Below, in pieces: positions 54,300 through 64,000 of a stretch of 64,000 nt of DNA. Positions within the stretch are counted from its first letter, which is position 1; every line of letters starts with the position of its first letter. Under the pieces are notes generated by a model. The model made no database searches, was not told the origin of the DNA, and worked only from the letters and a program-made list of their open reading frames with translations. The position numbers and the translations under genes were made by a program. This stretch comes from Tagaea sp. (GTDB lineage Bacteria; Pseudomonadota; Alphaproteobacteria; CACIAM-22H2): the NCBI GenBank assembly GCA_965279525.1, contig CBDIIB010000004.1, positions 544,001 to 608,000 of the forward strand, given 5' to 3'.

Positions 54300-56660
54300 C
54301 TAACCCGCCACCCTTCGCGTCCGCATCCAGTGGATCCCGAGCCCGACCGCCAGCAGCACCGCGCCCGCGATGTCAGCACTTGTGTCGGCGGCGATCAGCA
54401 GGATGCCGCCGACGAGGCACAGCACGCGCTCGAGCGCGTTGGCGTGGGCGCGGGCATAGCCGGTGATGCCGGTGCACAGGCCGACGAGAGCCAGGCACGA
54501 GGTCAGCGTCGTTTCGGCAATACCCCACCAATCGCCGGCACTCGCGGGCCATTTGGCGTCGGGTGTCAGCATCAGGAGCTGCAGCCCTTCGGGCGTCAGG
54601 CAGAACATGATCGGCACGACGAACGCCGGCAGCGTGTATTTCCAGGCCTGCATCATTGTGGGGAACGGCCGCCCGCCGGTGATCGCCGAGGCGGCGAAGG
54701 GCGCGAGCGCCGTGGGTGGGGAAACGTCGGCAAGCACGGCGTAGTAGAACATGAACATGTGTGCGGCCGGTGCCGGGATGCCGACCTTGGCAAGTGCGGG
54801 CACGAGCATCACCGCCGCGATGATGTAGCTTGCCGTGACCGGTACGGCGAGGCCGAGCACCCACATGGCCAGCGCCGCCAACGCGATAACCGGCAGCCGT
54901 TCGCCGCCGCCCAGCGCCACGATGATCGACGACAGCGTCAGGCCGAGACCCGTGAGGTTGACGATGCCGACGATGAGACCGGCACACGCGCATGTCGCGA
55001 CGATGCCGAGCGTCGAGCGCGTGCCGTCGACCAGCGCTTCGATCATGCGCGTGGCGGCCGGGTCCGGTTCGCGGCCCGCGCGCGCGGCGGCAAGTGCCTG
55101 CGCGCCCGAAACTGCGATCGCCGCCGCCATGCCCCAGAAGATCGACGCGGAGATGCGCCCGTCGAACAGTTCGTGCAGGCCCATCGCCTCGGGCATGTCC
55201 GACACGCCGAAGGCCCACGCGGCGACGGCCGCCGCGCACCCTGCGAAGAAGGCCGGCACGGTGACGAGCCGGCTGTCTTCGCGGATCATCGACAGGCCGA
55301 ACGCGATCGCGATCGACCAGAACACCGCGAGGAACGACGTGAAGCCGAGCACGAGGAAGAACGCGATCGCCGCCAGCGACAGGAAATGGTAGCCGTGCCC
55401 GAGCGTGAGCGCCCACAGCGAGGCATCCGACGTCTTCATGGGTGCGATCCCGAGGCGGCGGGAGTCGGCCTCGGTCATCAGCCAGCACGACACGTAGTAA
55501 AGCAGCGTCGGGATCGTCGCGTAGACGAGGACAATCAGGTAGTCGATGTCGAGATACTCGGCGATGATGAAGGCCGCAGCACCCAGCGTGGGCGGCGACA
55601 GCGTGGCGCCGATGCCGGCCGCCGACAGCATGCCGCCGGCGACGGCCGGGGGATAGCCCGCCTTCTTCAGCATCGGCCAGGCGAGCGAGGCGACCGTCAC
55701 GGTTGTCGCCACGCCCGAGCCCGACACGGTGCCGAGCAGGAAGCCCGATGCCACGACCGCGCGCCCTGGTGCCGAGGCCGACGGCTTCTTGCCGAACAGC
55801 GCGAACGCCCAGTCGATGAAGAACTTGCCCGCCCCGCCCCGGTCGAGCACGGCGCCATAGAGCGTGAACAGGATGATGAAGGTCGCGGCCACGTCCATCG
55901 GAGTGGCGAAGATGCCTTCGAGCGTCAGGTAGTTCTGCCCGATGATGCGGTTGAGCGAGAAGCCGCGATGGTCGAACGGCTCGGGGATGTAGGGGCCGAA
56001 ATAGCCGTAGACCAGCACGAGGATCGTCACGAACGGCAGGATCCAGCCGATCGTGCGACGGGTTCCTTCGAGGATCAGCAGGGCGAGCGTGGCACCCAGC
56101 ACCAGTTCGTCGGCGGAAGGCCGCGTGGGGCGCGACTTGTATTCGTCGACATTCGCCGCGAGATACCATGCGGTCCACAGCGCGAAGCCGACGAAGATCC
56201 AGTCGACAAGCTGCGTGCGCGCGAGGAAGCGGTTCGACACGATCAGCGGATAGGCGGCAAAGGACAGCGCCACGACGACGAGCATGCCGCCGGCGAACGG
56301 GGCGCGCTCGAAGATGCGCCCCTCGGTATAGAGGGCGAACATGGCGCCGAGGCCCAGCGCCGCCACGCACCATTCCTCGATCGTGGCGCGGCGCAAGGCC
56401 GCATCGACGCGCACGAGCGGATAGAGGATCAGGATGAGGGCCAGCGCGACCGCAAGGAAGCTCGAGCGGTAGAAGGTCGTGTTGATCGCGAACTGGGTCC
56501 AGAACAGCGAATAGCCGCCAAGCCCGAACGCCACGGCGCCGGTCAGCCACCCCAGCCAGCCCGACAGGCGCTGGGCTGGCCCGCCTTCGCTGTCCGAGGA
56601 CAACCGCTCGAGTTCCTCGGCGGTCAGTTCGACCTTATCCAGTCCTGCCGTGTTCGCCAT
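54300..56660 (-). CDS. TAXI-type TRAP transporter fused permease
   Basis: LEGTRRTIGW, EGIFA, GTVSGSGVAT, PPTLGAAAF, ADVSPP; many TM segments. Confidence 0.9.
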   Translation of the reverse strand: MANTAGLDKVELTAEELERLSSDSEGGPAQRLSGWLGWLTGAVAFGLGGYSLFWTQFAINTTFYRSSFLAVALALILILYPLVRVDAALRRATIEEWCVAALGLGAMFALYTEGRIFERAPFAGGMLVVVALSFAAYPLIVSNRFLARTQLVDWIFVGFALWTAWYLAANVDEYKSRPTRPSADELVLGATLALLILEGTRRTIGWILPFVTILVLVYGYFGPYIPEPFDHRGFSLNRIIGQNYLTLEGIFATPMDVAATFIILFTLYGAVLDRGGAGKFFIDWAFALFGKKPSASAPGRAVVASGFLLGTVSGSGVATTVTVASLAWPMLKKAGYPPAVAGGMLSAAGIGATLSPPTLGAAAFIIAEYLDIDYLIVLVYATIPTLLYYVSCWLMTEADSRRLGIAPMKTSDASLWALTLGHGYHFLSLAAIAFFLVLGFTSFLAVFWSIAIAFGLSMIREDSRLVTVPAFFAGCAAAVAAWAFGVSDMPEAMGLHELFDGRISASIFWGMAAAIAVSGAQALAAARAGREPDPAATRMIEALVDGTRSTLGIVATCACAGLIVGIVNLTGLGLTLSSIIVALGGGERLPVIALAALAMWVLGLAVPVTASYIIAAVMLVPALAKVGIPAPAAHMFMFYYAVLADVSPPTALAPFAASAITGGRPFPTMMQAWKYTLPAFVVPIMFCLTPEGLQLLMLTPDAKWPASAGDWWGIAETTLTSCLALVGLCTGITGYARAHANALERVLCLVGGILLIAADTSADIAGAVLLAVGLGIHWMRTRRVAG

Positions 56661-56745
56661 GCGGCCCCTGTTCCCTGTCGCGCTGCTGCCACTGGACCGG
56701 GCTGCTTGACGCTATCGCACTCTAGCCTTTCGTGCCGCCGATAAG

Positions 56746-56775
56746 CAAAAGGCCCGGACGTTTCCGTCCGGGCCC
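56746..56775 (-). terminator. Hairpin/terminator after the TAXI receptor gene
   Basis: GGCCCGGACG-4 nt loop-CGTCCGGGCC followed by TTTT on the minus strand. Confidence 0.75.
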
Positions 56776-56800
56776 TTGCGGCAAACCGATCCGGCTTCGA

Positions 56801-57781
56801 TCAGCTCATCACGCCCTTGGCCTTGAAATAGGCCTCGGCCGCCGGGTGGTAGGGGATCGCGGCCTTGCCCGCCGCACCCGCCAGCGTCAGGCGGCGCGCT
56901 TCGGGATGGATCGCCTGCACGTCGGCGAGGTTGTCGAACATCGCGTTCAGCATCGCGGTCACGAGGGCGGCCGGCGCTTTCGACGAGACGACCAGCACGT
57001 TGGCCACGCCCAGGCCCGACACCGCTTCCGGCTGGTTGGCATAGGCGTTGGCCGGCAGCGTGATCGGGCGGTAGAGGTTGGGCCACTTGGCGTCGAGCAC
57101 CGCCAGTTCGCGCGTCGTGGGCACGAAGCGGATGGGCGGCTGGCCGCCGGTGGCGAGTTCGCGCACGGCCGCCGTCGGGATGCCGCCGATCCAGAAGAAG
57201 GCGGCGATCTTGCCGTCCTTGATGGCGCCGGCGGATTCCGCCACGCCCAGATTGTCGCGCGTGATGTCGCGCTTGAAGTCGAGCCCGCCCGCCTCGAGCA
57301 CGCGGTCGGTGATCGATTCCGTCGCCGAGCCGACTGAGCCCACGCCGATGCGCTTGCCCTTCATGCTGGCGATGTTGGTCACGCCCGACGACTGGCTGGC
57401 GACGACATGGAAGAACGAATCATAGAGCAGCGCCAGCACGCGCACGTCCTGCTTGCCGTCCTTGGCATAGGCCTCGACACCCATGAAGGCGTCGTAGGCG
57501 CTGTCCATCGTCGACAGGCCGAGTTCGGCGTCGCCGGCATGCAGCAGCTTGATGTTGTCGATCGACCCGCCGGTGACCTGCGCGGTCGCCTGCGTGTTCG
57601 CCATCTTCTCGGAGAAGAGCTTGGCGAGGCCGCCGCCATAGGGATAGAACACGCCGCCGGTCCCGCCGGTGACGACGGTGATGCGCTGGCGGCTCTGGGC
57701 GATCGCCGGGGCGGAGGCGGCGAAGGCCGCACCGGCACCCAATGCGAGGGCGGTGCGGCGGTTGATCGTGAGTTTCGACAT
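56801..57781 (-). CDS. TAXI-family TRAP solute-binding protein
   Basis: Tat NRRT; TGGTGGVFYPYGG; TGGSIDN; PYHPAAEAYF. Confidence 0.92.
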   Translation of the reverse strand: MSKLTINRRTALALGAGAAFAASAPAIAQSRQRITVVTGGTGGVFYPYGGGLAKLFSEKMANTQATAQVTGGSIDNIKLLHAGDAELGLSTMDSAYDAFMGVEAYAKDGKQDVRVLALLYDSFFHVVASQSSGVTNIASMKGKRIGVGSVGSATESITDRVLEAGGLDFKRDITRDNLGVAESAGAIKDGKIAAFFWIGGIPTAAVRELATGGQPPIRFVPTTRELAVLDAKWPNLYRPITLPANAYANQPEAVSGLGVANVLVVSSKAPAALVTAMLNAMFDNLADVQAIHPEARRLTLAGAAGKAAIPYHPAAEAYFKAKGVMS

Positions 57782-57954
57782 GCGGTTCTCTTGCTCCCTG
57801 TGAAGGCGCGAAACGCGCTATTGTTTGCTCTTCCACGTCGGCATTCCGGGGGCGCCGACGGCGTTGGTGCTAAATATGGTAAAATCGTATGGAATTTCCA
57901 TGTTTTTTTGCGTAACACCCTCCTTCCCAGACAAATCAAACCGGCGAGCGTGAA

Positions 57955-58548
57955 ATGAATTTGAGCGGCGAATATCGCCTCCCCCTGCCCCGCGAGACCG
58001 TCTGGGCCGGTCTCAACGACCCGGAGATCCTCAAGCAGTGCATTCCGGGCTGCGACGAGCTGGTCAAGAATTCCGATACCGAGCTTTCGGCCAAGGTCGG
58101 CCTCAAGATCGGGCCGATGACGGCGAAATTCACCGGAAAGGTCACGCTTTCCGATCTCGACCCGCCCAACGGCTACAAGATCGCCGGCGAAGGCCAGGGC
58201 GGCGTGGCCGGTTTCGGCAAGGGTTCGGCGGTCGTCACGCTGGAAGACGACGGATCGGGCGGCACGATCCTGCGCTACACGGCTGACAGCCAGGTCGGTG
58301 GCAAGATGGCGCAGCTCGGCTCGCGCCTGATCGACGCGACGGCCAAGAAACTCGCCGATGAATTCTTCGGCAAATTCGCCGAAGTGGTCGCGGTTCCGGC
58401 CGCAGGCACCGCTCCCGCACCTGCACAAACGCCCGACGCCGCCGTTCCCGCCGTATCCGGCGATGCGGGCGGCCTGCCGCAGACGGTCTGGATCGCGGCA
58501 CTCGTCGTCGCGATCGGCGTCGTCCTGTGGATGGTGCTCGGCAACTGA
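57955..58548 (+). CDS. coxG: CoxG / SRPBCC protein with C-terminal membrane anchor
   Basis: [18 protein letters not shown]; [14 protein letters not shown]; C-terminal TM. Confidence 0.9.
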   Translation: MNLSGEYRLPLPRETVWAGLNDPEILKQCIPGCDELVKNSDTELSAKVGLKIGPMTAKFTGKVTLSDLDPPNGYKIAGEGQGGVAGFGKGSAVVTLEDDGSGGTILRYTADSQVGGKMAQLGSRLIDATAKKLADEFFGKFAEVVAVPAAGTAPAPAQTPDAAVPAVSGDAGGLPQTVWIAALVVAIGVVLWMVLGN

Positions 58549-58663
58549 AACGTCACGCCGGTTTGGCTTGACGTCCTACAGTGACGGGCGTGAAACTCGC
58601 GTCCAATCAATGCGGTCGGCCCGACTGGGCGCCCGCCCGATATCCAGACGAAGGGGAGAGACG

Positions 58664-59137
<474 letters not shown>

Positions 59138-59180
59138 GCACAATCGCGAAAACGCGAAACGCTTTACGGGAGGAATCACC

Positions 59181-61562
<2,382 letters not shown>

Positions 61563-61582
61563 TCCGAGGACGGAGAAACCCC

Positions 61583-62377
61583 ATGTACGATTTCGCCTAT
61601 CACAAGCCCGCTTCCGTCGCCGACGCCGTCAAGCTGCTCGGTGCCGACGGTGACGCCAAGGCGATGGCCGGCGGCCAGACGCTGATCCCGACGCTCAAGC
61701 AGCGCCTCGCCAAGCCGAGCGCCGTCGTCGACCTGTCGGCGATCAAGGACCTCGCGGGCATCACGGTTTCGGGCGGCAAGGTCACGATCGGCGCCATGAC
61801 GCGCCATGTCGACGTCGCAAGTTCGGCCGAGATCAAGAAGGCCCTGCCCGCGCTGGCCAGTCTTGCCGACAGCATCGGCGATCCGCAGGTACGCAACCGC
61901 GGCACGATCGGCGGCTCGATTGCCAACAACGATCCGGCGGCCGACTATCCGGCTGCGTGCCTGGCACTGGGTGCCACGATCAAGACGAACACGCGCGAGA
62001 TCCCGGCCGACGAGTTCTTCAAGGGCATGTTCGAGACGGCATTGAAGGCCGGCGAACTGATCGTGTCGGTGAGCTTCCCGGTCGCCGAGAAGGCCGCCTA
62101 CATGAAGTTCGGCCAGCCCGCGTCGCGCTACGCGCTCGTCGGCGTGTTCGTCGCCAAGGGTCCGGCCGGTGCGCGCGTTGCCGTGACGGGTGCTGCCGCC
62201 GCCGTGTTCCGCTGGAAGGAAGCCGAAGCCGCACTGGCGAAGTCGTGGTCGGCCGGTGCCATCGAAGGGCTCAAGGTCCAGGCCTCGGGCCTCAACGGCG
62301 ACATCCATGCGAGCCCCGAATATCGCGCCCACCTGGTCGGCGTGATGGCCAAGCGCGCACTGGCGGCGGCGGGCTAG
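61583..62377 (+). CDS. coxM: FAD-binding medium subunit
   Basis: AGGQTLIP, IGDPQVRNRGTIGGS, DPAADY. Confidence 0.9.
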   Translation: MYDFAYHKPASVADAVKLLGADGDAKAMAGGQTLIPTLKQRLAKPSAVVDLSAIKDLAGITVSGGKVTIGAMTRHVDVASSAEIKKALPALASLADSIGDPQVRNRGTIGGSIANNDPAADYPAACLALGATIKTNTREIPADEFFKGMFETALKAGELIVSVSFPVAEKAAYMKFGQPASRYALVGVFVAKGPAGARVAVTGAAAAVFRWKEAEAALAKSWSAGAIEGLKVQASGLNGDIHASPEYRAHLVGVMAKRALAAAG

Positions 62378-62919
62378 AACTCGCTGCCGTCGGCCCGGTA
62401 GATCACCGACAGGCCGAATATCATCTCGACGCTGCCGCCGGCATCGACGAACGGCAGCATCAGGTTCTCAATCGTGTCGCGTGTGTCGAAGCGCGACGCG
62501 ATCGCCGTTCCGCGCCGCCAGGTTGCCTGCCCGTTGCCGGCGATGAATTCGAGACGCTCCCACACCGCGCCGATCTCGTCGCGCATGTCGGGATAGACGG
62601 CCGACAGCGTCCGGCCGGTCGGATCGAACTTCATCGCCGCGACGATGTTGGTGCCGACGACGCGGTATCGGAAATCGAGCGGGTCGCGCAGCACGTCGAA
62701 CAGCCAGACGTGCGGCAGAAGGCGCGGAACGTCCATCGGATCGAAATCGGCGCGCCTGAACGGCGGACCCGACGGCCGCCGCGACCGCAGATAGCGCCAG
62801 AGCGCGTCGATCGACGCATGCCAGCCGGCACGGCCGTCACCCGCCACGAGTTCCCAATCCGGCTTTGCCAAGCGCCCGCCCCCCGGCTGCGGCACCTGCG
62901 AGTCTAGCGCGTCCTGCAA
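62374..62919 (-). CDS. PAS_5 (DUF1457)-domain protein; start uncertain
   Basis: RRADFDPMDVPRLLPHVWL.DV..FRYRVVGT..PTGR; LMLP. Confidence 0.8.
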   Translation of the reverse strand: MQDALDSQVPQPGGGRLAKPDWELVAGDGRAGWHASIDALWRYLRSRRPSGPPFRRADFDPMDVPRLLPHVWLFDVLRDPLDFRYRVVGTNIVAAMKFDPTGRTLSAVYPDMRDEIGAVWERLEFIAGNGQATWRRGTAIASRFDTRDTIENLMLPFVDAGGSVEMIFGLSVIYRADGSEF

Positions 62920-62936
62920 GCGGAATTCGATAGTAT

Positions 62937-63800
62937 TTACGACTTTCCGGCTGGCCGCTGCGCGTGGAACGCGACGATTTCGTCGAGCAGGCGCAGGCTG
63001 CCCGCGAAGTTCGTCGTCAGGCCCAGCATGATGTCCGCGTGGCCCGTCGACGGGTAGAGAATGTCGCGCGCCTGCCCCCCGCCGTCGCGGATCGCCGCGG
63101 CGAGTGCGACCGACTGGCGGGGCGCCACGACCACATCGGTCTCGCCGTGCAGCAGCAGGAACGGCGGCAGGTCGCCGGTTCCGCGGGCCCTGGCAAGGGC
63201 AAGCGGCTGCGTCGTCGTGTTGTCTTCGACATGGCCGAACGCGGCGAGCAGTGCGCGCCCCTTCTTCGGATCGAAGTCGGCGGGACCGGAAATCGCGACC
63301 ACGCCCGCGATGCGGGGCAGCGGCACCTTGCGTGCCAGCACGGCCATCGTCGCGTTATAGGCGCCGGCCGAATGGCCGATCAGCAGCACGCGCGCGTCCT
63401 GCCCGCCGAAGCGCCCGATGTTCGCGAGCGTCCAGTCGACGGCAGCGGCCGCGTCGTCGACGAAAGCGGGGAAACGGATTGCGGGCGTGAGCCGATAGTC
63501 CGGCAGCACCACGACGAACCCGCGGCGGACCAGCGCCTCGGCGACGAAGCGGTACTGCGCCTTGCTGCCGTAGGCCCACGACCCGCCGTACCAGAAGATC
63601 GCGACCGGTGCATCTGCCGCACCTTCGGGCGCGTAGACGTCCAGCGTCTGGCGCGGATCGGACCCGTAGGCGATATCGCGGCTGGCCACGTAGCCGCCCG
63701 TCGGCGTGAGGGCTTCGAGCACGCCAAGCCCCGAGCATGCCGACAGGAAAGCGGCACACAGCCCTGCAAACGCCACCCTTCCGAAAGCCCGCACGGTCAT
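62937..63800 (-). CDS. Alpha/beta hydrolase lipoprotein (esterase/lipase)
   Basis: LSAC lipobox; YGGSW; DYRL.P; GHSAG nucleophile; HGETD; GH. Confidence 0.88.
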   Translation of the reverse strand: MTVRAFGRVAFAGLCAAFLSACSGLGVLEALTPTGGYVASRDIAYGSDPRQTLDVYAPEGAADAPVAIFWYGGSWAYGSKAQYRFVAEALVRRGFVVVLPDYRLTPAIRFPAFVDDAAAAVDWTLANIGRFGGQDARVLLIGHSAGAYNATMAVLARKVPLPRIAGVVAISGPADFDPKKGRALLAAFGHVEDNTTTQPLALARARGTGDLPPFLLLHGETDVVVAPRQSVALAAAIRDGGGQARDILYPSTGHADIMLGLTTNFAGSLRLLDEIVAFHAQRPAGKS

Positions 63801-63851
63801 GCCATTCTGCCCCTTCGTTCCTGATACGATCCCGGACCCGAAGAAGATCAC

Positions 63852-64000
63852 ATGAATTCGAAGCCGACCCTGCCGGCAAGCGTCGATGCCACGCTCGCCC
63901 TGCTCGCCGACCATCGCTACATCGCCGACCGGAGCCTCGCGACGGCGCTCTACCTGTCGCTGAAGCTGGGACGGCCGCTCTTCCTCGAAGGGGAACCCGG
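63852..64000 (+). CDS. coxD: CoxD/MoxR AAA+ ATPase, partial (runs off the window end)
   Basis: MNSKPTLPASVDATLALLADHRYIADRSLATALYLSLKLGRPLFLEGEP, leading into the Walker A motif. Confidence 0.85.
   Translation, partial: MNSKPTLPASVDATLALLADHRYIADRSLATALYLSLKLGRPLFLEGEP

Overview
GC-rich alphaproteobacterial chromosomal window, probably Rhodospirillales-like, made mostly of core and metabolic genes. In order: atzE-like amidase/hpxZ, valS-popZ-tolC-pcm, tRNA-Cys and tRNA-Asn, lpxR flanked by two related small lipoproteins, glpD, an imuA-imuB-dnaE2 SOS mutagenesis cassette with LexA boxes, two tandem OmpA-family genes, nadX, nudF-cysK-sseA-GNAT, aapJQMP, metC-hisI-modE, tRNA-Arg, a five-gene block next to a degenerate tRNA-Pro, a TPP-riboswitch thiamine-precursor ABC transporter, an ATM1-type exporter, a hybrid histidine kinase, tctCBA, TetR/FAD monooxygenase, a TAXI-TRAP transporter and a form-II coxG-S-L-M...coxD cluster. 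I saw no transposase, integrase, prophage, rRNA or CRISPR array. The most striking unexplained signal is a 47-aa microprotein (11236-11379, minus strand) transcribed divergently from the SOS cassette. It carries a near copy of the client-binding N-terminal helix of PopZ, whose gene lies about 6 kb away, but lacks PopZ's self-assembly domain, so it is a candidate PopZ decoy. A second oddity is a ~210-bp repeat-bounded, iteron/boxA-like non-coding element after tctA. All calls come from motif recognition by eye; no searches were run.
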